Assembly (NCBI RefSeq): GCF_009914755.1
Contig: NC_060937.1
From: the human T2T-CHM13v2.0 reference genome, Homo sapiens
DNA length: 64,000 bases
Strand: one strand, 5' to 3'
Shown: positions 28,635 through 40,763 of the stretch, piece after piece
Position numbering within the stretch: the stretch's first letter is position 1
Layout: the number at the start of each line of letters is the position of its first letter
Translations under genes and position numbers: made by a program
The notes under the pieces: generated by a model
The model's database searches: none
What the model saw: only the letters and a program-made list of their open reading frames with translations
What the model was told of the DNA's origin: nothing

Positions 28635-28830
28635 CTAAGAAGAGCTAATGTATTTTGAAAGATTACAATGTGATACACACTTTTCTAAGTTCTTTATATA
28701 GTACCTCAATTAATCTTCACAAAGGCATTTTAAGGTAGTTTTATTATTATTCCAGAAGATAATATAAACTTAAATGCTTTAAGTAAATTCAAGCAGTACA
28801 GTTGTGGCAGTACTTGCTTTAAACTTAAAA
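28635..28830 (-). mobile_element. MIR remnant
   Basis: GCTAATGTATTTTGA..CTCAATTAATCTTCACAA..AGGTAG..TATTATTATTCC. Confidence 0.55.
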
Positions 28831-29130
28831 TTGTATAACCTTGGAATTATTTTCTTTTGAGTTATTACTCAACTTTCATGTAGTAGACAATATTTTTCTG
28901 TATTTGCAATGGGTATTATACTGACTAATAAGCATGAGATTGCAAACTATGCATACTATAATACTATCATCCTACATATTACTATATTTTCCAAAAGTAT
29001 TCAAATATGTCTCCAAATTATAATTTATAACTATTCAAATTTACAAGTTAAAATAATAATTGTTAAATATTGAAGGTAATAATATTAAAGACCTTTAAAA
29101 TATAAATAAAATGTTACTTTAGATAAACTA

Positions 29131-29365
29131 TTTTTTCTTAACATTTATTTTAGGTTCTGGGGTACATGTGCAGGTTTGTATTACAGGTAAACTCATGTCA
29201 TGGGAGTTTGTTGTACAGATTATTTCATCACCCAGGTATTGAACCTAGTACCCAATGGCTGTTTTTTTCTGCTCCTCTCCTTCCTCCCATCCTCCACCCT
29301 CAAGTAGGCCCTGCTGTTTATTGTTCCCTTCTTTGTGTTCATGAGTTCTTATCATTTAGTTTCCA
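29131..29365 (-). mobile_element. L1PA13-16-type 3' end
   Basis: GGGGTACATGTGCAGGTTTG..GTAAACTCATGTCATGGGAGTTTGTTGTACAGATTATTTCATCACCCAGG. Confidence 0.9.
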
Positions 29366-29574
29366 TGTTTTCTTAACATATCTGGCATATTCTTAAATAT
29401 TAAGGATTTTTTTCCCTTTACTTTCTCTATTATTAATGTTCTTTGTCAAAGTAAGAAAGTCAAATTTTTATATTTCTTTTAAATTCACCTTCAGTTTATT
29501 CTAGGAAAAATCTTACTGGATTCTCTTACAGTCCTCTGAGGTTTTTTAAATGCTTCAATTATTTACATAATTGA

Positions 29575-30607
29575 ACTAACTATGGCTGAACTAATTTACA
29601 TTCCCACCAATGATGTGTAAGCATTACTTTTTCTCTGCAGCCTCACCAAAATCTGTTATTTTTTTTTATTTTTATAATAGTCATTCTGATTGGTGTAAAA
29701 TGGTATATCCTTGTGGTTATGATTTCCATTTCTCTGATGATTAGTGATGTTGAGGATTTTTTCATATGTTTGTTGGCTACTTGTATGCCTTTGTTTGAGG
29801 AGTATTTGTTCATGTCCTTTGCCCATTTCTTAATAAGATTATTTGTTTCTTCTTTGTTGAATCATTTAAGTTCGCTGTAAATTTTGAATATTAGATCTTT
29901 TCAGATGAATAATTGGTAAATATTTTCTCACATTCTATAAATTGTTTGTTTACTCTGTTCACAGTTTCTTTTACTGTGTAGAAACTTAAGTTTAATTAGG
30001 TCCTACTTGTCCCTTTTCGTTTTTGTTACAGTTGCTTTCGGGCACTTAGCCAAAAATTATTTGACAAGGTCATTGTTATAAAGGGTATTTCCTGTACCCT
30101 TCTAGGGTATAGGATTTGTATTGTTTGAGGTCTTACATTTAAATCTTTAATTCATCTTGAGTTAATTTTTGTAAATGGTAAAAGATAGGAGTCATTTTAT
30201 TCTTTTGCATATGGTTATCCAGCTTTCCCAGCACTATTTATTGAATAGGGAGTTCTTTTCCTGTTGCTTGTGCTTGCCAACTTTTTCAAAGATCAGGTGG
30301 TTGTAAGTGTATGGCTTTATTTCTGTTGCTTTTTTTTTTTTCCATTCGTCTATGTATCTGTTTTTGTACCAGTACTATGCTATTTGGGTTACTGTAGCCT
30401 TATAGTATAGTTTGAACTTTGGTAGTGTGACGTATCCAGCTTTGTTATTTTTGCTTAGGACGGCCTTGGCGATTTGGGCTCTTTTTTGGGTGCATATAAA
30501 TTTTTGAATAGCTTTTCCTAATTCTGTAAAAAATGATATATGTAGCTTGATAAGAATAGCACTGAGTCCACAGATTGCTTTGGGCACTATAGCATTTTAA
30601 CAATATT
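29575..30607 (-). mobile_element. L1 ORF2 3' segment (non-inverted part of a 5'-inverted L1)
   Basis: ORF 30375-30587 [27 protein letters not shown] is L1 ORF2 C-terminal region. Confidence 0.9.
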
Positions 30608-31115
30608 TGCCCAGAGTCACCCCACAGCCCCACTGGGACATAAGCCATGCACCCTCTACCACCACCCTATAAGAATTCTTTCACCCATGGTTCCAAGGCC
30701 TATGTGCTGGTATGCTTTTGCTGGCAGTCCCTGATAAAGTGCTGTTGCCAGCAGACTGGGGGTACCTTGGATCTGACTAGCACAGCTGGTGCTCAACCTT
30801 AAGGGGTCAGAGAACAAAGCAGCATGCCTGGTCTCAGTTCCCCAAGGTTACAGCATGTAGCCTAGGAATGCTGGGCTGAGTCTTAGCACTCTGAAAGTAT
30901 CCAGAAATGAAGCCAATTGACTGAACCCAACTTATACCACAGTCAAACCCTCAAGGGCATGAAAGAACATTAAAACTAAAAAACTAAAAGCCCCATCCAA
31001 AGAACAGCAACTTCAAAGGTTAATGAAATTCTTGCCAGCACAAATGTTCTGGCAACTCTAAAATCCAGAGTGCCCCCTTACCTGCCAACAAGCCTGCTAA
31101 ATCCCTCCATAGCGA
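30608..31115 (+). mobile_element. L1 5'UTR segment (L1P4/L1PB-type)
   Basis: CCCAACTTATACCACAGTCAAACCCTCAAGGGC..CAGCAACTTCAAAG..TCTGGCAACTCTAAAA motif that precedes ORF1. Confidence 0.7.
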
Positions 31116-32211
31116 GGGGTGACACTTGCTATGTTTTAGCAAAGAAACTGGAGGCATTTTGACCCAGCCCTAGAGATCTGTGAAACTTTGAATTTGAGAG
31201 AGATAATTTAGGTTATCTGGCAGAAGAAATTTCTAAGCAGCCAAGCGTTCAAGAGGAAGTAGAGCACAAAACTTTGGAAAATTGGATGAGGAGAAAAGCA
31301 AGCCTGCTGCAAAAAATTGCATAAGTAACAAGGAGCCAAATGTTAATCACCAAGACAATGGGGAAAATGTCTCCAAGGCATGTCAGAGATCTTCCTGGAG
31401 GCCCCTCCCATCACAAGCCCAGAGACATAAGAGGAAAAAATGGTTTCCAGGCCTGGGCTCAGGAATCACCTGCTCTGTGCAGCCTCAAGATGCGGTGCCC
31501 TTCATCCCAGCTGTCTCAGCTGCAGCCATGGCTAAGAGGGGGCCAACGTACAGCTCAGGCCATTGCTTCAGAGGGTGCCAGTCCCAAGCCTTAGTGGCTT
31601 TCACGTGTTGTTGGGCCTACAGATAAACGGAAGTCAATAATTGAGGTGTGGAAACCTATGACTAGATTACAGAGGATGTATGGAAATGTCTGTATGTCCA
31701 GGCAGAAGTTTGCTGCAGGGATAGAGCCGTTATAGAGACTCTACTAGGGCAGTGCAGAAGAGAAAGGTGGGGTTGGAGCCCCCAGAGTCCCCACTGGGGC
31801 ACTGCCTACTAGATCTGTGAGAAGAGGGCCACCTTCCTCCAGACCCAGGATGGTAGATCCACTGACAGCTTACACGATGCACCTGGAAAAACCACACACA
31901 TTCAATGCCAGCCCATGAAAGCAGCCAGGAGAAGGGCTGTATCCTGCAAAGCAACAGGGAGAAAGCTGCCCAAGGCCATGCGAGCACACCTCTTGCATCA
32001 GTGTGACCTGGATGTGAGACATGGAGTCAAAGGAGGTCATTTTAGAACTTGAAAGCTCATAGGCAGGAGAAACTTGCCTGTCTCAAATGAGATTTTGGAC
32101 TTGGACTTTTGAATTAATGCTGGAATTAACTAAGACTTTGGGGAACTGTTGGGAAGGCATGATTGTTTTGAAATTTTAGGACATGAAATTTGGGAGGGGC
32201 CAGGGATGAAA
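31116..32211 (+). mobile_element. THE1 internal region, no 5' LTR, with deletions
   Basis: GCAGAAGAAATTTCTAAGCAG, CCCCACTGGGGCACTGCCTA, polypurine tract TTTGGGAGGGGCCAGGG. Confidence 0.9.
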
Positions 32212-32584
32212 TGATGTGGTTTGGCTGTTCCCCAATCCAGATCTCATCTTGAATTGTAGTTCTCATAATCCCCACGTGTTGTGGGAGGCCCGGTGGGAGG
32301 TAATTGAATCATGAAGTTGGTTATTTCCATGTTGTTCTCATGATAGTGAGTGAATTCTCATGAGATCTGATGGTTTTATAAGGGGCTTTTCCTCCCCTTC
32401 TATCTGCACTTCTCCTTGCTGCTGCCATGTGAAGAAGGACATGTTTGTGTCATTTTCTGCCATGATTGTAAGTTTCCTGAGGCCTCCCCAGCCATGCTGG
32501 ACTGTGAGTCGATTAAACTTCTTCCTTTAAATATTACTCAGTCTTGGGTATGTCCTTATAATAGAATGAGAACAGGCTAATACA
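32212..32584 (+). mobile_element. THE1C/D LTR
   Basis: TGATGTGGTTTGGCTG start, ATTAAA polyA signal, CTAATACA end. Confidence 0.92.
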
Positions 32585-32686
32585 GGCATCAAGAACATAA
32601 ATTGAGGAAAGGACCAGTTATTTAATAAATGGTGCTGGGGCAACTGGATATCAATAAGCAGAAGGAAAAAACTACACCCTGTCTCT
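32585..32686 (+). mobile_element. Out-of-order L1 ORF2 3' fragment
   Basis: GGAAAGGAC..TATTTAATAAATGGTGCTGGG..AACTGG encodes the FNKWCW motif. Confidence 0.75.
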
Positions 32687-33003
32687 TGTGAGGGACCTCA
32701 TGAGAGGGACCTTGTGAGAGGTGATAGATCACTGGGGCAGTTCCCCCATGCTGTTCTCATGATAGTGAGTTAGTTCTCATGTGATATGATGGTTTTATAA
32801 GGGGCTTTTCCCTCTTTTGCTTTGCAGTTCTCCTTACTGCTGCCATGTGAAGAAGGATGTGATTGCTTTCCTTTCTGCCATGATTATAATTTTCCTGAGG
32901 CCTCCCCAGCCATGCAGAACTGTGAGTCAATTAAACCTCATTTCTTTATAAATTACCCAGTCTTGGGTATTTCTTCATACCAGCATGAGAATGGACTAAT
33001 ACA
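32687..33003 (+). mobile_element. Second THE1C/D LTR, 5'-truncated
   Basis: CCTGAGGCCTCCCCAGCCATGCAGAACTGTGAGTCAATTAAACC..GGACTAATACA. Confidence 0.9.
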
Positions 33004-33974
33004 CAAGGAATCTAAGGAATCCAATAAAGCAATCCAAGAGCTAAAGGATAAAATAGACATTTTAAGAAAGAACCTACTGAGCTTCAGGAATGAAAAATTT
33101 ACTACAAGAATTTTATAATTTAGTTGGAAGCCATCATAGCAGAATAGACCAGCTGAAGAAAGAATCTCAGATCTAAAAAACTGGGTCATTGAATCTACTC
33201 AGTCTGACAACAATAAGAAAAAAAAAACTTTTTAAAATGAAGAAATCCTCTGAGAAATATGAGATTAAGTTAGGAGATTAAATTTATGATTTATTGACAT
33301 TCCTGAGAGAGAAAGAATGAGAACACGAGATTTGGAAAACATATTTGAGGATCTGGTCCAAAAAAAGGTCCCCAATCTTGCCAGAAATTGTCAATCTTGA
33401 CATGCAAATTCAAGAAAAAATGGAGAACCCTTGTGAGACAGTATCCAACATGGCCATCCCAACATCACACAGTTATCATATTAAACAAGGACAGCATGAA
33501 ATAAAAAATCTTAGAGACAACTAGAGAGAAGGGGCAGGTCACATAAAAAGGGAACCAAATCAGGCTAGATGCAAACCTCTCAGCAGAAATCTTACAAGCC
33601 AGAAGAGACTGGGGCTTATTTGCAGCATCCTTAAAGAAAAGACATTCCAATGTAGAATTTCATATCCCATCAAACTAAACTTCATACATGACTGGGAGTA
33701 AAATCTTTCTGAGATAAGCAAAGGCTAAAGGAATTTGATATAACTAGATCAGCTTTACCAGAGGTCTTTGAGGGAGTGCTAAACAGGGAAATGAAAAAAT
33801 GACACATGCTACCACAAAAATACACTTAATTGTAGAGCCCACAGACACTATAAAGCAACTACACAATCAAGACTACAAAACTACTAGATAACAACATGAT
33901 GACAAATCAAAATCTCACATGTTATTTTCAAGCTTGAATATAAGTGGTCTAAATGTCCCACTTAAAGGCATAGA

Positions 33975-34190
33975 GTGACAAGCTGGATTAAAAGACATGA
34001 CCTAAATATTTGTTGTCTTCAAGAGACCCATGTCATATGTAATGATACCCACAGGCTCAAAGGAAAGGGATGGAGAAAGACCTGCCATACAAAGGGAAAA
34101 CAAAATGGAGCAGGGTTTGCTACTTTTATATCAGATAAAACAGAATTTAAACTAACAACTTTAGGAAGTACAAAGAAGAGCATTATATAG
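33975..34190 (+). pseudogene. L1 ORF2 endonuclease remnant
   Basis: WIKRHDLNICCLQETHVICNDTHRLKGKGWRK. Confidence 0.85.
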
Positions 34191-34225
34191 GAATAAAGGG
34201 TTCAATTTTAAAAGAAAGGTTAACT

Positions 34226-34229
<4 letters not shown>

Positions 34230-34280
<51 letters not shown>
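34230..34280. repeat. (TA)n microsatellite inside L1 ORF2
   Basis: Direct reading. Confidence 0.95.
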
Positions 34281-34283
<3 letters not shown>

Positions 34284-34919
34284 CATTCAACATTGCAGCA
34301 ACAGGATTCATAAACCAAGTTCTTCTTGACCTACAAAAAGATATAGACAGCCACACAACAATAGGGGGAGATTTAAACACCTCACTGACAATGTTAGACA
34401 GATCACTGAGGCAGAAAACTAACGAAAAATTTCTGGACTTAATCTCAACCCTTGATCAACTGGATCTAATAGACTTCTATGGAATACTGCATGAAACTTG
34501 CACAGAATATAAATCATTCTCACCTGCACATGGAACATATTATATGTTCAACCATTGAACATAAGCAATTCTCAATAAATATAAAAAATTGAAGTTATCC
34601 AAATCAAAGTCTGAGACCACAAGGCATTCAAAATAGAAATCAATATCAGGAAGCTCTCTCAAAACTACACAAATACAAGAAAATTAAACAACTTGCTCCT
34701 GAATAATTTAAATGAACAACAAAATTAAAGCAAAAATTTAAAAAAATTAAAATTAATGAAATCAAAGGCACAACTTACCAGAATATTTGGGATGCAGTAC
34801 AAGAAGTGTTAAGAGGAAAGTTTACAAAGTTAAATGCCTTCATCAAGAAGTTAAAAAAATCTCAAGTTAACTATCTACTACTGCATTTAAAGGAACTAGA
34901 AAAAGAAAGAGAAAACTTT

Positions 34920-35255
34920 GTCCAGGCCTGATGGCTCATGGCTCATGCCTATATTCCCAACACTTTGGAGTACCAAAGCTGGAGGATCACTTGAGCCCAT
35001 GAGTTCGAGACCAACCTGGGAAGCATATAAAGACCCTATCTCAACAAAAAATATATAAATTAGCTGGGTGTGGTGGTTTACACCTATAGTCCCAGCTACT
35101 TGGGAGGCTGAGGTAGGAAGATCACTTGAGTCTGGGAAGGTCAAGATTGGTCAAGGTCACTGAAGTGAGCTATGATCATGTCACTTACTACAGCCTGACT
35201 GACAGAGACCCTGTCAAAAAAGAAAACAAACAAACAAACAAACGAAAAACAAAAA
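34920..35255 (+). mobile_element. AluJ inserted in L1
   Basis: GGAGGATCACTTGAGCCC.GAGTTCGAGACC..GTGAGCTATGATC; (AAAC)n tail. Confidence 0.9.
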
Positions 35256-35897
35256 CGCCCCCAACCCTCACCCCGCCAAAAGAACCCAGTCCAAACACCA
35301 GCAGCATAAAATAAATAGCTAAAATTAGATAAGAACTGAATGAAATTTAAACACAAAAATCCATAAGGTAGATCAAAGAAATCAAGGGTTTCTTCTTCAA
35401 AAGAGTAAATAAGATTGATAGACTGCTAGCTACACTAACAAAGAAAAAGAGAAGATCCAAATAAATATAAATGACAGAGGTGACATTACACCTGATCCAA
35501 CAGAAATACAAGAGATCCTCAGAGATAATTATGAACAAATAAAAATGTATACTATTAATACAAACTAGAAAATTTAGAAGAAATGAATACATTCCTGAAA
35601 ACACACAACCTCCTAAGACTGAACTAGGAAGAAAGTAACGACTGAATAGACCAATAACAAACTCTGAAATTCAATCAAAGAAAATTTACCAGCTTTAAAA
35701 AGTCCAGGACCAGACGGATTCACAGGCAAATTCTACCACATACACAAAGAAGACTGGTACCAATTCTAGTGAAACTTTCAAAACAATGTAATAGGAGGAG
35801 TTCCTGCCTTACTCATTCTATGAAGCTAGCTTAAGCTAAATACCCAAGTCTGGCAGAGATATGACCCAAAAAAGACAACTTCAGAACAATATTCCTG

Positions 35898-36592
35898 ATG
35901 AACATAAGCGCCAAAATCCTCAATAAAACACCAGCAAACGGAAACCAGCATTACATCAAAAAGTTAATTCATCATAATCAAGTAGGATTTATTCCTGGGA
36001 TACAAGGTTGGTTCAACATGCTGACATTAATAAGTGTGATTCACCACATAAACAGAATTCAATACAAAAGCCATATGATCATTTCAATAGATGCAGAAAA
36101 AGCTTTCAATAAAATATGACATCCCTTCATGATAAAAACCCTTTACAGACTAGGCACCAAAAGAGCATACCTCAAAATACCAAGAGCCATCTATGACAAA
36201 CCCACAACCAACATCATACTGAATGGGCAAAAGCTGGAGGCATTCCCCTTGAGAACTTGAAAAAGACAAGGATACCCACTCTCACTAGTTTTATTCAACA
36301 TAGTATTGGAAGTCCTAGCCAGGGAAATTAGGCAGGAGAAACAAATAAAATGCATTCAGATAGGAAAAGAAGAAGTCAAACTATCTCTCTTAGCAGATGA
36401 TATGTGATTCTATACCTAGAAAACCCTAAAAACTCAGCCAAAATGGGCCTGGAACTGCTAAACAACTTCAGTAGAGTTTCAGAATACAAAATCAATGCAC
36501 AACAACCAGTAGCATTTCTATACACGAATAATGTTCAAGCTGACAGTCAAATCAAGAATACAATCTCATTTACAATAGTCAGCAAAAAATGA
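35898..36592 (+). pseudogene. L1 ORF2 reverse transcriptase remnant
   Basis: ORFs 35898-36119 and 36404-36592 (MILYLENPK) carry RT motifs and are interrupted by stops. Confidence 0.88.
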
Positions 36593-37099
36593 AATACCTA
36601 GGAATACAGCTAACCAAGGAGGTGAAAGATTTCTACAAAGAGAAATATAAAACATTGCTGAAAGAAATCGGGGATAACACAAACAAATGAAAAACATTCC
36701 ATGCTCATGGATTGGAAGAATCAATATTGCATGACTTTTATGTAGTAAGTATAACAGGTTCATTTTGTATATTTAAATGCAATACTTTATATTTATATGT
36801 CATAATAAAATAATTTGCATAGATTCAGGGGATTTATTTCAATTGGTAAAATTTTCATACCTTACAAGATTCAGTACTTGCTATTTCCACCACTAAACAT
36901 CTGAGAGTGCTTTCCAATGTCCTTGGTATTGTATTAAGTATTGTATAAATTAACATTATAAATGCTTCAAAGTTATTGAAGCATTTCGTAGACAGTTGTC
37001 CACGAAAATAATGCAGTTATAGTTAAAGCTTTTTGTTTAACCTTATACAACAATTTAGAAAGTTAATCCTATGATGTGGAAACTTACCAGTCTATTTCT

Positions 37100-38350
37100 A
37101 TACTTAACTTGGCCACCCTTAGGTAAATACAATTTTCATTGTCTCTTTCCTCCTACCAGATAAACTAAGAATCTTTGAAAGCCTTAACTCTATTCACACC
37201 CTTGTGTTTTACTATCTACTCTTTACAGTTTTTAAAATCTACTTTTACTTAAAATTTTATGACTCTCATTGTAGGCATTTCAGTTGTGCTTCAATTTACC
37301 TGCATAATTGACAATATCTTTTCTAACTGTTACTGTTAGCAGTTTATTCTTTTAAATTTAATTTCTTTCTATCTGAAGTATGAACTTTATAATCTGTTTT
37401 GTAAGGGCATGCTTTTTTAAAATTATCTCTTTCATTATTTTACCTAAAAATGTTTTTTCCCCAATATGCAGTCCTACTTAAGTGAATAAAAACAGTTTGT
37501 GTTGCAGATTTTTCTTCCAACATTTTAAAGATATTATGCTGTATGAATTGTTTATTTGAAGCATCTGCTCTCAGTATACTAATTACTTTTCTTCACAACT
37601 TACTTTAACACATTCAATTTGTCATTGGAGTTATGTTTCCTTATTACTTTAGGAATTTGTTGGAATTCTTAAATCTAAGTTCATTTCTTTACTAAATTTT
37701 GCAAAAATTCTTGGTCATTATGACTTCATTATTTCCCCCATTCTTTACTTTTCTTGCCTTCTAGGAGTCCTATGATCTATCATTTTGTCATATTCTGTAT
37801 GTCTCTTATTCTCCTTTATATTTTTATATCATTCCGACATATATATATATGTGTATATATATATATATCTCAGAGGAATTATATATAATTTTAAGGATAT
37901 ACTTCAGTACACAAATTCTATTAGCAGCTGTGTTAATTTGTTTTATACCCATCATTGAGCTTAGGTTTTAATTAAATTAGTGTTCATTCTAATTGCTAGA
38001 ATTTCCATTTTTCCAGTTTTGCCTTTCTTAAACACATCTGATAAGACTTTGTTCATTTGAGATTATACCATTGTAACTTAATCAAGGTAAACATGCTTAT
38101 ATTCTTTTATCCTGTATTTTAAATAATTAAACTTTCTGTAAGCCTACCTTTGCCACTTACTCTCTCTGCTGATTTTCATGATAGATTATTTCCTTTTGAG
38201 GATTATAATTTATAATTAACAGTTTATATTCAGTATGGCTTTATCTGTGGAAATCTTTGTGCCTGATACAAGGGTGTGTCCCTCCAAAGACATTTTTGTC
38301 TCAGTTTCTGTTTGATTACCTAGGTGTTATCAACAAAAATTGGCGTTAGT
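37100..38350 (-). mobile_element. Ancient L1M fragment
   Basis: T-rich antisense ORF1-like motifs (AAAAATTCTTGGTCATTAT, CTTCTAGGAGTCCTAT, CTAGAATTTCCATTT). Confidence 0.5.
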
Positions 38351-38414
38351 ATATATTTTGTTGCTTGGAATTAACCGAACCATTCATCTTTAAAATGAAA
38401 ACCTCAAAACTACC

Positions 38415-38777
38415 TCTATTAGTCTGTTCTCATGTTGCTGCTAAAGACATACCCAAGACTTGGTAATTTATAAAGGAAAAAGTTTTAATTGACTCACAGT
38501 TCTACATGGCCGGGGAGGCCCAGCAATCATGGCAGAAGGTGAAGAAAGAGGAAAGTCACATCTTACATGGTGACAGGCAATAGAGTGTGTGCAGGGGAAC
38601 TGCCTTTATAAAACCATCAGATCTCATGAGATTTATTCACTGTCATGATAACAGCATGGGAAAAACCTGCCCCCATGATTCAATTACCTCTCACAGGGTC
38701 CCTCCCATGACACTTGGGGATTATGGGAACTACGATTCAAGATGAGATTTTAGTGAGGGTACAGCCAAACTATTTCA
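38415..38777 (-). mobile_element. THE1 (B/C) solo LTR
   Basis: TATTAGTCTGTTCTCATGTTGCT..AAAGACATACCCAAGAC..CAGCCAAACTATTTCA. Confidence 0.92.
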
Positions 38778-39359
38778 CCCCCTAAAGTGTGAATAGGATA
38801 TATTAATTCTCATATAAATTTGTTTTAGTCACCCAGACAAGCATTCATGTTTTCCTCATTGAAAGTGGGTATGTTTTTTGTAATTCCCATTTTTATAAAT
38901 GATATAATTTTGTGTCTTTCTACACATTTTAGTTAAGTTGCAGATTTTTTTGTGACAAATATCGGCAAATATAGAGCAAATATATACAGGCATACTTCAG
39001 AGGTATTGTGAGTTCAATTTTAACCCATTGCAATAAAGTGAATATAGCAATAAAAGGAGGAAAATGATTTTTTTTGGTTTCACAATGTATATAAAAGTTA
39101 CATTTACACTATACTATAGTCTATTAAATGTGCAATAGCATTAAAGTAAAGAAAAAAGCAATGCCCATACCTCAGTTAAAAAATACTAAAATGAAGCTAA
39201 AAATACTGATGATTATCTGAGCCTTAGTCCTATACTTTCTGCTGGTGAATGGTCTTGGTCTTGCCTTGATGTTCAGGAGATGGTTGCTGAAGGTTAGAGT
39301 AGTTGTGGCAATTTCTTAAGACAAGACAACAATAAAGTTTGCTCTATCAATTGACTCTT

Positions 39360-40115
39360 CTATTCACAAAAGATTACCCTGTGGCATGCTATGCTACTTG
39401 ATAGCATTTTCTCCACAGTAAAACCTCTTTCTAAATTGGAGTTGATCCTCTCAAACTCTGCCACTGCTTCATTTACTAAGTTTATGTAATATTCTAAATT
39501 ATTTGTTGTAATTTCAACAATATTCATGGAATTTTCACCAGGTGTAGATTCCATCTAAAGACAGCACTTTATTTGCTCATTCATAATAAGCAACTCCTCA
39601 TTCATTCATGAAGTTTTATTAGATTGAAGCAATTCACTCTCATCTTCAGGCTCCACTTTTAATTCTAGTTCTCTTGCTATGTTCACCTCATCTGTCATTA
39701 TTTCTTTCACTGAAGTCTTGAATCCCTCAAAGTCATCCATGAGGCTGGTAATCAACTTCTTCAAAACACCTGTTAATATTGTCATTTTGACCTCCTCCCA
39801 TGAATTATGAATGTTCTTAATGGCATTTGAAATAATGAATTCTTTCCAGAACGTTTTCAATTTATTTTGCCGATATCTGTCAAAGGAATCACTGTACATG
39901 GTATCTACAGCTTTACAAAATGTGCTATTTAAATAATAAAACTTGGAAGTTGAAATTACTTCTTGATCCACGGGCAACAGAATGAATATTGTGAAGGCAG
40001 GCAGGAAAGTAATGTTAACATTTTGTACATTTCCATCAGAGTTTTTGAGTGACAAGTGCATTGATAATAGCAGTAATATTATGAAATAAATATTTTTTTC
40101 TGAGCAGTAGATCAC
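39360..40115 (-). pseudogene. Tigger1 transposase C-terminal remnant (DDE_1 region, TIGD1-like)
   Basis: LPVDQEVIS..KLKTFWK..SWEEVK..LMDDFEGFKTSV..ARELELKVEPED and MESTPGE..LEYYINLV; broken frame. Confidence 0.9.
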
Positions 40116-40294
40116 AACAGTGGGCTTAAAATATTGAGTAAACTACATTGTAAGCAGGTATTATGTCATCCAGGCCTTGTTCCATTTATAGAGCACAGGC
40201 AGAGTAGATTTAGCATCATTTATAAGAAACACAGTATTTCAAAATGGTAAATGAGCATTGGCTTTAACTTAAGGTCACTAGTTGCATTAGCCGC

Positions 40295-40763
40295 TGTGTA
40301 CCCAGAAAGTCTGAGATAGGTCTCAGTTAATTTAGAAAGTTTATTTTGCCAAGGTTGAGGACATGCACCTGTGACACAGGCTTAGGAAGCCCTAATGACA
40401 TGTGCCCAAGGTGGTCAGGGCACAGCTTGGTTTTATACATCTTAGGCAGACATGAGACATCAATCAATATATGTAAGGAATATATTGGTTCAATCTAGAA
40501 AGGCAGAACAACTTGAAACAATGGCAGAAAGACTTGACATGGGAAGGGAGCTGTCAGATCACAGATAGGTGAGAGATGATCACTTGCATTCTTTTGAATT
40601 TTCTCATTAGCCTTTCCAAAGGAGGCAATCAGATATGCATTTATCTCAATGAGCAGAGGAATAATTTTGAATAGAATGGTAGGCAGGTTTGCCCTAAGCA
40701 GTTCTCACCTTGAATTTTCCCTTGCCTTAGTGATTTTCGGGTCTCAAGAAATTTCCTTTCATA
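40295..40763 (-). mobile_element. MER4A-type ERV1 solo LTR nested in Tigger1
   Basis: GTCTCAGTTAATTTAGAAAGTTTATTTTGCCAAGG..TTTCCTTTCATA; near-matching 4-bp flanks CCGC/CCTC. Confidence 0.88.

Larger units (their letters stand above)
33004..36729 (+). mobile_element. L1 ORF1 plus ORF2 (EN and RT), decayed; inverted 5' part
   Basis: ORF1 motifs; EN WIK..ICCLQETH; [34 protein letters not shown]; many stops and frameshifts. Confidence 0.95.

Noticed and set aside
31282-31987. ORFs of 84-114 aa in THE1 internal (also 47289-48638 in MST internal)
   Set aside because: Fragments of decayed MaLR internal sequence, with no continuous frame.
24807-36986. Short perfect hairpins with 9-11-bp arms at 24807-24826, 26241-26267 and 36960-36986
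   Set aside because: A few are expected in AT-rich DNA of this length; no supporting context.
39606-40115. 169-aa ORF resembling TIGD1 as a domesticated gene
   Set aside because: Part of a decayed Tigger1 that is frameshifted and interrupted by a MER4 LTR; no intact transposase.
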